DNA of 64,000 nucleotides. Origin: Marsupella aquatica (Eukaryota; Plantae; Marchantiophyta). The stretch covers positions 19,022,508-19,086,507 of the forward strand of contig OZ316895.1 of assembly GCA_973895155.1 (NCBI GenBank), in the 5' to 3' direction. A program made the translations under genes and the position numbers. Each line of letters starts with the position of its first letter. The first letter of the stretch is position 1. The notes below the pieces were generated by a model that made no database searches, had not been told where the DNA came from, and saw nothing but the letters and a program-made list of their open reading frames with translations. Of this stretch, positions 12,324 to 25,404 are shown piece by piece.

Positions 12324-13075
12324 AATACATCCCAGATGCCTCCACATTCGTTGAAGTAGCCTACACACAAGAATTTTCTGACACAGTATCCACATGTCTA
12401 TCCAAAGACCTCTCAGATGAGGAAGTAATGTTCAACTTTGTAGACTATAAGTTAACCACGAAGTCAATGAGATGTTTGTCTGAAGGGATAACATCAACTA
12501 ACTAGCTACATTCAGATATCATCGATGCATACTATAAACTGGAAAAGTAAGTAGTAGAAATAGTTTAGGAAACTTTAACCAGAAGTTAGTGTAGTAGGGT
12601 ATTTAAGGATAGACAGGAGCGGTAAGCGGGCTTTTTTATGTCAATTGTTGAAAATGGCCAAAAGGCTGGTAGTAGAAAATGCGACTATTCTTGCTATATG
12701 GGAGAATAGGGTTTTGCTATGAGGGATGCGACATGAAACTAGAAGATGGTAGGAACTGTGCCTTAGGCGGGGCCTAGAGCGAGACAAAGGAGGCAGGTGA
12801 GGATGGAGCAAGCGAATCCCTTTGGTAGGAATCAAGACGTTCATACATGCAAACCAGTTGGAGAAGGGATACCCATGTTCATGTTCACCATTGGCATCAA
12901 GGGAGGAAATTGTTGGGTATGGAACAAAGCAGGGCAACAATTATTTGAGATGACTGGCAAAGCCTTCCAACACTGTTTCACCACTAAGGAAGCCGTCAAA
13001 GAGTTTTGTCAAGGAGTCATGTCAAGGAAGTGGAATTCGGTTTTAGGTCAAGAAAATGAATTGCGTGGCACTTAA
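12324..13075 (+). pseudogene. Ulp1-like (C48) protease N-terminal fragment followed by RPA70 C-terminal OB-fold-like fragment (transposon cargo relic)
   Basis: VMFNFVDYKLTTKSMRCLSEG...N*LHSDIIDAYY resembles the start of Ulp1; MFMFTIGIKGGNCWVWNKAGQQLFEMTGKAF resembles the RPA1 C-terminal domain. Confidence 0.35.
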
Positions 13076-13372
13076 TTGTTGTTGAACAAGTGATTGTTTT
13101 CTAAAACCAAGCAACAACAAAAGAACAAGAGGATATTCAACAGTTAGTTTTGGATGTGGCAAATCTAGCCTTGTGGAGCCCAAAAGTTTCTATTTCCATA
13201 GTATCAACCACATCAAACCGTTCATGGAGATGTGTAGTGCATGCGTTAACCGCAAAGTAACAGTTTAATTAGTAACCGCGATCAGTAGTGCAATAACCAT
13301 AGAGTAGCAGTCATGTTCATAGTAAGAGGCGGTTAAACAACTAGCACTTTGAGATACCAACAAAATAGTTAG

Positions 13373-13544
13373 TATTCAGGGACATAGACATCATGCGCCA
13401 ACAAACTCACTTCCTTCTATTACCTTTGGGAGTATGAGGGCTCCCCATATAGTACATAGCGTGGCGGTTATGTAAGTTCCATCTCTTGTCCCTATTCACT
13501 AGGGTAAGTCTAGTCTACCAGGGTTAGGCTTATCACTTGTAACA
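13373..13544 (-). repeat. Element A 3' LTR (172 bp, TG...TA), with PPT at 13545-13553
   Basis: Matches 47360-47528 except for a 3-bp indel and one substitution; adjacent CTCCCCCTT reads AAGGGGGAG on the minus strand. Confidence 0.95.
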
Positions 13545-14149
13545 CTCCCCCTTGGTTGGATGATAAGTGTTTTACAACCAACCACAGGATAGGGGAAGCT
13601 AACCCTATGGCGTTAATTCTGTGATCTGGCCCAACGTAGTATGGTCTCATTAAAACCATGCTTCAATCATGGAAAGAGTGCCACTACTATAGCATGAGTT
13701 TGGGTCCAGTTATTAAAGGTAAATCCTTATAGTATCTAAAGGATGCATGAAAAAAATGCTAAGGTGTAATATATATATATATCTATACTAATGTATATGT
13801 CCATGAATATGTTTGAGTACTCATGGTCTGTGTTTATACTTAAAGAGCTATCTACGCGCCTACCCTAATCCTGCGGGCCGCAGGTCAAACGCCTCCAGTC
13901 GTCGGTCTGTTCCATTGGTGGGCCGCTGACATCTTTTGAATCTTTGGTCATTCGGTGGTCGATGCGGCCGAGTCGGGAGGTCGTCGTTTGTGTATTGGGA
14001 GTGGGCGTTTGCATGTCATCGGTTCTGTGTGATTCTCGGTGGTTCTCGGTGGCAGGTTGGGCAGCACATTATGTTGGGGCTCCTGTCAGGTCAGTTGATC
14101 AGCAGCAATGGGCGTGCCATGCGGGTAAGCTCCTTAGGAGCGGTCATCA

Positions 14150-15583
14150 TTCTTTTCCTTGTAAAAGTAATGCCATACTTTGCAGTCCTATTCCATAAGC
14201 ATGTTTGCGGTGTAGGGATGGTGGGAGCAGTTTGGTGAACAAGTCCGCGCGATTACCTTTACTTGGAATCCATTGTACTTGGACCTGTTTGCCATGCTGT
14301 TCGTGAGTGAAAAAGAATTTGGGTGCTATGTGTTTGATTTTGTCCCCTTTAATAAATCCCTGAACTATCTGCTCAACGCAGGGTCGATTGTCTTCGTATA
14401 TAGTTGTCGGTTTCTTGAGCTGAGCTCTGCCTGTGTGTGTGTATGTGATCTATCAGGTTTCTCAACCAGATACATTCCCTAGTGGCTTCACAGAGTGCTA
14501 TTATCTCGACGTGATTTGAGGAGGTCGCTGTGAGTTATTGTTTGCTGCTTTTCCAAGAGATTGTCGTGCCACCTTGTAAGAAGACGTATCCTGTTTGGGA
14601 TTTTGCATCGTCTGGGTCTAAGAGGTAGCCCGCGTCCGCATAGCCGGTCAGTATGTTTTCTGAGTTCTTGGGGAAGAATAGCCCCATGTCCATTGTATTG
14701 CGTAGGTATTGGAACACCCGTTTGACTCCATTCCAGTGTCGGATCGTGGGGTTGGAGCTATGGCGAGCGAGGAGGTTGACGGCAAAAGCGATGTCGGGGT
14801 GCAACTGGGTTGCCAGGTACATCAAGGCCCCAATGCCGAGAGGTATGGTTTCTTAGGGCCAAGAATCTCCTCGGTCTCTACTCGTTTCTTGAAGGTGTCC
14901 CTCGTGGGGTCTGAAGATCTCAGGTCCATGGGAGTGCTGACCAGGTGGGTGGATGCCATGTTAAATTTCCACAGCGCCTTCTCAGTATATGTTGATTGGT
15001 TGATGATGATTCCCTTCTGCAAGTAGTTAAATTGTAAGCCCAAACAGTATTTGGGCTTTCCAATGTCCCTCATCTCAAATGTCTTCTTCAGAATTTCAAT
15101 CGTCTTGTGCGTTATCGTTGTTGTACCAAAGATGTTAATGTCATCTACATAAATTGCAATGATAACAAATTCATCTGCCTCCTGTTTGAGAAATAAACAA
15201 GGGGCAATATTGTCAGTATTGAAGTTCAATGCAAGCATTTTAGCTTTAAACCGTTTGTACCAAGTTTGTCCGCTCTGTTTTAATTCGTACATTGAACGGA
15301 GGACTTGGACTGCAAGTTCTCTTTTAACTCATTTCGCCTATGTAGCAGCCGTAATTGGTGGAGGAAGCATTTGTTTCCTCAGGTTGGATGTGGGAAGCAC
15401 ATCTAGTGGCATCGGTTCTGCAGGTCCAAGCTCGCTCGTCGTTTCATCCAAATTGCCTATAGGGCCGGTTTGTGGTAGGCCCGGTTGTAGACCGCGGTCT
15501 ATGGTACCAATTTTCTCTCCCTCGATCTGGAACGCTATTCTTTTAATCAGTTCTGGGGGTGCCTTCATGTATATTGTGGTATC
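14150..15583 (-). pseudogene. pol: Element A pol: RT C-terminal part and RNase H
   Basis: MYELKQSGQTWY, IAIYVDDINIFG, LTGYADAGYL, IYEDN, ADLFTK; stops and frameshifts present. Confidence 0.9.
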
Positions 15584-15842
15584 TGTTGAGCATAGACGAC
15601 GATCGCAACGGCAAGCCCATGAACCATCCAACGCACAATAGTCGACACAAGAGATACGTGGTTCACCTCCTTGAGGCTACGTCCACGGGAACACACAAGA
15701 GAGCTTTACTGAACTCTAAGCCCGTCGGCTATACCGAGTCTCCACAGTGTACGCTCTCCCTATCTCTCAAGTTGCTCCATAACAATGAGCCTTGGTTCTA
15801 CTTCTCCAAGCACACATGCCTCTTATGATATAGTGTGCAACT

Positions 15843-15967
15843 TAGTTGTACCTAACCACATAGTTGTACCTAATCACGTAGTTGTACCTAACCACATAGT
15901 TGTACCTAATCACGTAGTTTTACCTAACCACATAGTTGTACCAACCCACGTTGTTGTACCAACCACG
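15843..15967. repeat. 18-bp tandem array (7 units, TAGTTGTACCTAAYCACR) in U3 of B-family LTRs
   Basis: 7 units in the LTRs at 15584, 21007 and 21516; 5 units in the LTR at 31310. Confidence 0.9.
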
Positions 15968-16194
15968 TCATACCTAACCTAGACGTAAGAGTAAATACCC
16001 AACAATCTTCCCCTTGACTCTGGTCTAGGGGAGAGTAATACTGCCAATGTATATGATCCCTCAGCGGGAAGTTCTGGACAGAAACCAAACCGGTTTCCCT
16101 CTCTAACTAGAGCAAACCAGAACTAAGCCGTAGCCTAATACATAGGAATGAGGAAGAGCATATATCAGTAATTACAATGAATGTTAAGAAAACT

Positions 16195-19100
16195 CTACTT
16201 GTGATGCAATTGCAAAACCTGCAATACGTCACGGTGTCTAGAGAAACTCTCCAAAGGAATCACTTTGGTAAATGCGTCAGCCGGGTTAAGTTTACCATCA
16301 ATCTTGACTAGCTCAAACAAATTATCAGACACAGCCTGCCTGATAAAATGGTACCTGACATCAATGTGCTTCACTCTGCTGTCCATCACCTGGTTCACAG
16401 CAAGGTGGAGCGCACTTTGACTATCACAATGGAGCTTCACATTCCCCTGTGGCAATCCCATTTCAGTGATAAGTCTATCCAACCAAATCGCTTCCTTTGC
16501 TGCTTCCGCAGCTGCAACATACTCCGCTTCTATAGTAGACTGAGCAATACACTTCTGCAAAGTAGACCTCCAACTTATGCATCCACCGCCAAGTGTGAAC
16601 ACGTATCCTATTGTTGATCTCCTTCGGTCCAAATCTTGTCCATAGTCAGAATCTACATAGCCAATCAATGATCTAGCATTCTTTGCATTTGCATCAAATA
16701 AAAGACCATGATCCACGGTACCCTTCAAGTACCTGATAATCCACTTCACTGCTTCCCAGTGTACCTTCCCTGGATTCGACATGTACCTGCTCACCTTGCC
16801 CATAGCCATGGCAAGATCAGGTCTAGTGCAAGTCATCAAATACATGAGACTCCCCACTGCCTTGTCATATGGAACCTTTGACATCAACCCCTTCTCTGTG
16901 TCATCCGTAGGACAGAACGCTGATGATAACTTGAAGTGTGGAGCCAACGGGGTACTTACTGGCTTGCTATTCTCCATGTTGAACCTTGCAATTACCTTCC
17001 TCGCATAACTGCTCTGCGTCAACCATAGCTTGCCAGCCTCCAAGTCCCTAGTGATCTCCATACCCAAAATCCTCTTAGCTGGCCCTAAGTCCTTCATCTT
17101 AAACTCTGCACTAAGCAGTGCCTTGAGCTTAACAATCTCAGACCTATCCTTGGCTGCAATTAGCATGTCATCCACATAAAGTACTAAAACAATGAACCCA
17201 AAGACAACATTCTTCACCGGTTTCAAATACACACAAGGGTCAAATACACTTCTGTGAAAACCTTGTGACCGAATCCAATCGTCAAACCGCTTGTTCCACT
17301 GTCTTGGTGACTGCTTCAACCCATACAAGGATTTCAGCAATCTGCAAACCAATTCCTCCTGTCCTCTCTTCACAAAACCTAGCGGTTGTCTCATGAAGAT
17401 CACCTCTTCCAATGTGCCATAGAGGAAAGCTGTGACAACATCCATCTGATCTAGGAGCAGACCAAACATTACAACAAGTACACACAATAGTCGTATTGTA
17501 GAGTACTTAGCAACTGGTGAGAAGACCTCATTGTAATCCACACCTTTCTCTTGTGTGAATCCCTTTGCTACCAATCTAGCCTTGTAGACCTTCGATCCAC
17601 CTCCTATGGAATTATCCTTCAGCTTGTAAATCCACTTGCTGTCCACCACTTGCTGACCCTTAGGCAGCTTAACAAGCTCCCAAGTTTTGTTGTCCTTTAG
17701 TGACTGCATCTCCGTTTGCATTGCTGCAATCCACTTCTGCTTCTCCTTTGAAGCACTTGCCTCATGAAATGAAGAAGGTTCTCCTTCTTCCAAAATTAAC
17801 GCATCACCCTCATCATCAGCTGTAAAATCATCCTCTTGCAGTTGAGATGAATCAACCCACTGTCCATACCTTGATGGAGCGCGTACAGTGCGACCAGATG
17901 TTCTTCTAGCCGATGACTCCGGTTGATCTGCGTGTGCTGGTACAATTTGAAGCTCAACAGCATCCACTTGCTGCTCACCAGCATCAACAAACTCCTCTGG
18001 TTCCTCTGGCATAGGAACCAGCTCCATAATTGGAGCAACTCCTTCTCTCCGGTCATGCACCTCATAACCAATCTCCCCCTCAACGAGATCCAGGATAGGA
18101 GATTTTCCTTTGTCAGTACGGGAGACCTGAGTATTCTCCCCCTCCTTCAATAATCTGGATTCATTGAAGGAAACATCCCTACTGACAACGAGCTTACAGG
18201 CAATAGGATCCCATAGCCTATAGGCTTTCACACCACTCTAGTACCCAAGAAAAACACATTTCCTGGAGGTAGGATCCAACTTGGTCCTATTCTGCTTTGG
18301 TGTTAGAGCATATGCATCACTTCCAAAAATTACCAAGCCATGATAGTCTGCTTGCCGCTTATAGCGCATCTCAAATGGCGTTTTGAAATTGATAGCACTA
18401 GAAGGAGAAAGATTTACCAAATAAGCTGCGGTATTGACAGCTTCTGCCCAAAATTCTTGTGGTAAACCTGATTGGCTCAACATACTCCGTGACCGCTCCA
18501 ACAATGTCCGATTGAGCCTCTCAGCGACACCATTCTGCTGCGGAGTATAAACTGTGGTGAGATGGCGAGTTATCCCCTGTTCTGAACAGTACTCTTCAAA
18601 TTCCATTGAAGTGTACTCCCCGCCGTTGTCTGACCTCAGACTCTTCACCCTTGTATCCAAACACTTGATCGTGTTTCCAGTCTGATTCTCCACCTGGGCC
18701 TTCCACTTCTTAAAAATGGACAAGACATCAGACTTATGCGTCATGAAATAAATCCACACAAATCTTGAGTAATCATCAATAAATGATACATAGTACAACT
18801 TTCCAGAGTGTGAGGGAGTCGGGGATGGACCCCACACGTCACTATGTATGTACTCAAGAACCGCTTTGGAACGATGAGTTCCAACACCAAAAGCACGACG
18901 ATGCTGCTTTCCAAGAATGCAATGCTCACAAAACTCTAATTTACAAGATTGCAAATCAGAAATGAGTCCATTCTTCCGTAAGATAGCCAAACCCTTCTCA
19001 CTCATGTGGCCTAGCCGTGAATGCCACAGTTGAGTCATCTCCTCGTGAGACTTGGTTACATTGGCCTCTCCATATACAGTATTGCCCTGTAACACATACA

Positions 19101-20475
19101 AATTCTTTTGTCTACTCCCCTTCAAAATCACTATCTCTCCCGACCTGACTTGAAGTTCACCATCAATAACGCTCCATTGATGACCATTTGAATCCAACAC
19201 ACCGAGTGAAATCAGATTCTTACGCATGCCAGGTACATACCTGACTCCGGATACTGTGCGCACAGGGCCATCAAACATTTGAATCTTCACAGACCCAATT
19301 CCCTCAATTTGACAGGAGTGATCATTTCCCATCAGAACTGAACCGTTTGAAACAGAGTAAGAACTGAAAAACTCACGAATGTAACAAATATGAAAAGAGC
19401 AAGCACAATCAAGAATCCACACATCATCTGCTCTCCTAGATGACGTGCACAGGGCATACCCCCGGCTTCATAAAACATACTCATCATTGAGTAAATCAAC
19501 TTCTCCATCAGCCCTAGCCACATTTGCCGATGAAGTTTCCGCTGCCTTTCCCTTACAGTCTTGCTTGAAGTGTCCAACTTGGTTGCACTTCCAACATGTC
19601 ACCTGCCTCCTCTGAGGGGATTTACCCTTGGACTTAGATCTGGATTTAGATCTAAACTGGGTTCTACGGTCCCCAGTTGGTCACTGCATACTCCTCCCAC
19701 GGTTAACATTGAGGGCAGCACCAGATGATGAAGGCTGTGACGTGATGTGCATCTTCTGCTGAAGATCATCACTAAGCAGAGAACTTACCACGTCATTGTA
19801 TGAAATGGTATCCCTATCACGATGCAACAACACTCGTGATAGGGACTGGTAAGATGGAGGCAATGAACTAAGAAGTTGCAGAGCCTTCGTCTCATCATTC
19901 AAAGTCTTCTCAAGGTTTTCCAAGTCAACAACCATGTCGTTGAAAGCATCCACATGGTCTTGCAACTTCGTACCAGATTCCTTCATCCTGAAACTCATCA
20001 GTTTGTAGGAAGTGTAGAGCCGGTTCGACAACTCCTTGCGGTGATACTTGCTCTACAATTCCGCAAACAAGGACATGCAATCCTTATGTGCACCCAACTG
20101 CTTGATGATGGGAGGCATGAGATAGAGTGTAACACACCACACTCCCTGCTCCTGCATGCGGTCCCATTGTTTCTCATCAACATCGTCTTCACGAGGGCTC
20201 AGCAGTTGGCCCATCCCTGACGCATAAAGCACTCCCTTCACCTGCTTCTCCCATAGCAAGTAGTCAGAGCGCCCATCATACTTTGTCACTTCATACTTGG
20301 GTCCCCCAAGCTTGAAAGTCCCCATCTTCTTCTTTACCGTGAGCTCCGGTAGTAGTACTGCTTCCTCCACCACACGCCGCACCGGTGATGGTATCGGTGT
20401 CACGTGCTCTTCCTCCTACTCCTCTCTCTGCCCCTGAAACCTCCGCGGTGATCCTCGTGCTTCAAGTTCCACGTC
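16195..20475 (-). pseudogene. gag-pol: B1 gag-pol (Gag, zinc knuckle, protease, integrase, RT, RNase H) with premature stops and deleted start
   Basis: ORFs 20053..20403, 19681..20031, 18238..19422 (HSRLGH, CEHC, HSDVWGP, RSDNGGEY, GVAERLNRT) and 16195..18231 (KARLVAKG, YVDDM, YVDSD, ADAFTK). Confidence 0.95.
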
Positions 20476-21427
20476 TTGGGAACCTCCCCCGTTTTGACCA
20501 CCTCAAGGAATAACCGAAATACCAAGTACAACCCGTTGTCGGAATTGCAATGTGATTGGTGCGCTGCATTGCCAACTTCAATGGCTTGTCAACAACGAAT
20601 GTTGATCAATTGCACTTGGTGCCGTCACCAAGTCCAACAAGGTAATTGATTTTGCTTAGCCTTCCTCTTTGCATCAAAGAGCCAATCCCGGACTCAAAAA
20701 CAATCGTCTTGCCTCAATCTCTCCGTTGAGTCAAAACACTTGACGCTTCTCCCTCCGAGTCGATTGCCAACTTTCTTCACAAAATCCAGAAGGACAAAAA
20801 CTTAGATCTCTCTGCACCACGAGCTCCGTTCAACGATTTCTTCACACCATTAGAAAGCTCTTGCCCTGATCTATCCGTTGAGCCCATAAACTCCAAGTTC
20901 CATGCGATGGAACTCTGGAAAATCCACCAACACTCAACGCTGGAAAAACCGTCATGAAATCCCGTCACGAACACACGTCACCTCCCAAGCATGCTCTGAT
21001 ACCAATTGTTGAGCATAGACGACGATCGCAACGGCAAGCCCATGAACCATCCAACGCACAATAGTCGACACAAGAGATACGTGGTTCACCTCCTTGAGGC
21101 TACGTCCACGGGAACACACAAGAGAGCTTTACTGAACTCTAAGCCCGTCGGCTATACCGAGTCTCCACAGTGTACGCTCTCCCTATCTCTCAAGTGGCTC
21201 CATAACAATGAGCCTTGGTTCTACTTCTCCAAGCACACATGCCTCTTATGATATAGTGTGCAACTTAGTTGTACCTAACCACATAGTTGTACCTAATCAC
21301 GTAGTTGTACCTAACCACATAGTTGTACCTAATCACGTAGTTGTACCTAACCACGTAGTTGTACCAACCCACGTTGTTGTACCAACCACGTCATACCTAA
21401 CCTAGACGTAAGAGTAAATACCCAACA

Positions 21428-21515
21428 GTATCTAGGATACCATACAGATAGGTTGTGATCACATCTAGTGTGTGCATGACGAGCTTATGCAAGAGGGTAA
21501 ATGCAATGAGGTACC
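21428..21515 (-). pseudogene. pol: Element A RT segment stranded between B1 and B2
   Basis: Translates YLIAFTLLHKLVMHTLDVITTYLYGILDT (DVxTAYLYG motif), joining YSPVMDSITYR at ~31700 to TIYMKAP at ~15580. Confidence 0.92.
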
Positions 21516-22126
21516 TGTTGAGCATAGACGACGATCGCAACGGCAAGCCCATGAACCATCCAACGCACAATAGTCGACACAAGAGATACGTGGTTCACCT
21601 CCTTGAGGCTACGTTCACGGGAACACACAAAAGAGCTTTACTGAACTCTAAGCCCGTCGGCTATACCGAGTCTCCACAGTGTAAGCTCTCCCTATCTCTC
21701 AAGTGGCTCCATAACAATGAGCCTTGGTTCTACCTCTCCAAGCACACATGCCTCTTATGATATAGTGTGCAACTTAGTTGTACCTAACCACATAGTTATA
21801 CCTAATCACGTAGTTGAACCTAACCACATAGTTGTACCTAATCACGTAGTTGTACCTAACCACGTAGTTATACCAACCCACGTTGTTGTACCAACCACGT
21901 CATATCTAACCTAGACGTAAGAGTAAATACCCAACAATCTTCCCCTTGACTCTGGTCTAGGGGAGAGTAATACTGCCAATGTATATGATCCCTCAGCGGG
22001 AAGTTCTGGACAAAAACCAAACCGGTTTCCCTCTCTAACTAGAGCAAACCAGAACTAAGCCGTAGCCTAATACATAGGAATGAGGAAGAGCATATATCAA
22101 TAATTACAATGAATGTTAAGAAAACT

Positions 22127-25100
22127 CTACTTGTGATGCAATTGCAAAACTTGCAATATGTCACGGTGTCTAGAGAAACTCTCCAAAGGAATCACTTTGG
22201 TAAATGCGTCAGCCGGGTTGAGTTTACCATCAATCTTGACTAGCTCAAACAAATTATCAGACACAGCCTGCCTGATAAAATGGTACCTGACGTCAATGTG
22301 CTTCACTTTGCTATCCATCACCTGGTTCACAGCAAGGTGGAGCGCACTTTGACTATCACAATGGAGCTTCACATTCCCCTGTGGTAATCCCATTTCAGTG
22401 ATAAGTCTATCCAACCAAATCGCTTCCTTTGCTGCTTCCGCAGCTGCAACATACTCCGCTTCTGTAGTAGACTGAGCAATACACTTCTGCAAAGTAGACC
22501 TCCAACTTATGCATCCACCGCCAAGTGTGAACACGTATCCTATTGTTGATCTCCTTCGGTCCAAATCTTGTCCATAGTCAGAATCTACATAGCCAATCAA
22601 TGATCTAGCATTCTTTGCATTTGCATCAAATAAAAGACCATGATCCACGGTACCCTTCAAGTACCTGATAATCCACTTCACTGCTTCCCAGTGTACCTTC
22701 CCTGGATTCGACATGTACCTGCTCACCTTGCCCATAGCCATGGCAAGATCAGGTCTAGTGCAAGTCATCAAATACATGAGACTCCCCACTGCCTTGTCAT
22801 ATGGAACCTTTGACATCAACCCCTTCTCTGTGTCATCTGTAGGACAGAACGCTGATGATAACTTGAAGTGTGGAGCCAACGGGGTACTTACTGGCTTGCT
22901 ATTCCCCATGTTGAACCTTGCAATTACCTTCCTCGCATAACTGCTCTGCGTCAACCATAGCTTGCCAGCCTCCAAGTCCCTAGTGATCTCCATACCCAAA
23001 ATCCTCTTAGCTGGCCCTAAATCCTTCATCTTAAACTCTGCACTAAGCAGTGCCTTGAGCTTAACAATCTCAGACCTATCCTTGGCTGCAATTAGCATAT
23101 CATCCACATAAAGTACTAAAACAATGAACCCAAAGACAACATTCTTTACCGGTTTCAAATACACACAAGGGTCAAATACACTTATGTGAAAACCTTGTGA
23201 CCGAATCCAATCGTCAAACCGCTTGTTCCATTGTCTTGGTGACTGCTTCAACCCATACAAGGATTTCAGCAATCTGCAAACCAATTCCTCCTGTCCTCTC
23301 TTCACAAAACCTAGCGGTTGTCTCATGAAGATCACCTCTTCCAATGTGCCAAAGAGGAAAGCTGTGACAACATCCATCTGATCTAGCAGCAGACCAAACA
23401 TTACAACAAATACACACAATAGTCGTATTGTAGAGTACTTAGCAACTGGTGAGAAGACCTCATTGTAATCCACACCTTTCTCTTGTGTGAATCCCTTTGC
23501 TACCAACCTAGCCTTGTAAACCTTCGATCCACCTCCTATAGAATTATCCTTCAGCTTGTAAATCCACTTGCTGTCCACCACTTGCTGACCCTTAGGCAGC
23601 TTAACAAGCTCCCAAGTTTTGTTGTCCTTTAGTGACTGCATCTCCGTTTGCATTGCTGTAGTCCACTTCTGCTTCTCCTTTGAAGCACTTGCCTCATGAA
23701 ATGAAGAAAGTTCCCCTTCTTCCAAAATTAACGCATCACCCTCATCATCAGCTGTAAAATCATCCTCTTGCAGTTGAGATGAATCAACGCACTGTCCATA
23801 CCTTGGTGGAGCGCGTACAGTGCGACCAGATGTTCTTCTAGCCGATGACTCCGGTTGATCTGCGTGTGCTGGTATAATTTGAAGCTCAACAACATCCACT
23901 TGCTGCTCACCAGCATCAACAAACTCCTCTGGTTCCTCTGGCACAGGAACCAGCTCCATAATTGGAGCAACTCCTCTCCGATCATGCACCTCATAACCAA
24001 TCTCCCCCTCAACAAGATTCGGGGTATAAACTGTGGTGAGATGGCGAGTTATCCCCTGTTCTGAATAGTACTCTTCAAATTCCATTGAAGTGTACTCCCC
24101 GCCGTTGTCTGATCTCAGACTCTTCACCCTTGTATCCAAACACTTGATCGTGTTCCCAGTCTGATTCTCCACTTGGGCCTTCCACTTCTTAAAAATGGAC
24201 AAGACATCAGACTTATGCGTCATGAAATAAATCCACACAAATCTTGAGTAATCATCAATAAATGATACATAGTACAACTTTCCAGAGTGTGAGAGAGTCG
24301 GGGATGGACCTCACACGTCACTATGTATGTACTCAAGAACCGCTTTGGAACGATGAGTTCCAACACCAAAAGCACAATGATGCTGCTTTCCAAGAATGCA
24401 ATGCTCACAAAACTCTAATTTACAAGATTGCAAATCAGAAATGAGTCCATTCTTCCGTAAGATAGCCAAACCCTTCTCACTCATGTGGCCTAGCCGTGAA
24501 TGCCATAGTTGAGTCATCTTCTCGTGAGACTTGGTTACATTGGCCTCTCCACATACACTATTGCCCTGTAACACATACAAATTCTTTTGTCTACTTCCCT
24601 TCAAAATCACTGTCTCTCCCAACCTGACTTGAAGTTCACCATCAATAACGCTCCATTGATGACCATTTGAATCCAACACACCGAGTGAAATCAGATTCTT
24701 ACGCATGCCAGGTACATACCTGACTCCGGACACTATGCATACAGCGCCATCAAACATTTGAATCTTCACAGACCCAATTCTCTCAATTTGACAGGAGTGA
24801 TCATTTCCCATCAGAACTGAACCGTTTGAAACAGAGTAAGAACTGAAAAACTCACGAATGTAACAAATATGAAAAGAGCAAGCACAATCAAGAATCCACA
24901 CATCATCTGCTCTCCTAGATGACCTGCACATGGCATACCCCCGACTTCATAAAATATACTCATCATTGAGTAAATCAGCTTCTCCATCAGCCCTAGCCAC
25001 ATTTGCCGATGAAGTTTCCGCTGCCTTTCCCTTACAGTCTCGCTTGAAGTGTCCAACTTGGTTGCACTTCCAACATGTCACCTGCCTCCTCTGAGGGGAT

Positions 25101-25404
25101 TTACCCTTGGACTTAGATCTGGATTTAGATCTAAACTGGGTTCTACGGTCCCCAGTTGGTCGCTGCATACTCCTCCCACGGTTAACATTGAGGGCAGCAC
25201 CAGATGATGAAGGCTGTGACGTGATGTGCATCTTCTGCTGAAGATCATCACTAAGCAGAGAACTTACCACATCATTGTATGAAATGGTATCCCTATCACG
25301 ATGCAACAACACTCGTGATAGGGACTGGTAAGATGGAGGCAATGAACTAAGAAGCTGCAGAGCCTTTGTCTCATCATTCAAAGTCTCCCCAAGGATTTCC
25401 AAGT
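22127..25404 (-). pseudogene. gag-pol: B2 gag (3' part) and pol, with ~450-bp deletion in the integrase C-terminal region
   Basis: ORFs 24947..25402, 24311..24931 and 22127..24277; the junction TTVYTP|NLVEGE at ~24020 lacks B1 18090-18540. Confidence 0.93.

Larger units (their letters stand above)
15584..21427 (-). mobile_element. Element B1: Ty1/Copia (Tork/Tnt1-like) LTR retrotransposon inserted in the RT of A
   Basis: 421-bp LTRs TGTTG...CAACA at 15584-16004 and 21007-21427; TSD GTATC; tRNA-iMet PBS TGGTATCAGAGC (20993-21004); PPT next to 16005. Confidence 0.97.

Noticed and set aside
15843-15967. Short repeats resembling a CRISPR array, and VVPNH-repeat ORFs
   Set aside because: Head-to-tail 18-bp units without unique spacers, inside LTRs; the ORFs are translations of the repeat.
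16006-16035. Hairpin overlapping the B-family PPT
   Set aside because: A ~10-bp imperfect stem, identical in the two close copies, so there is no covariation evidence for function.
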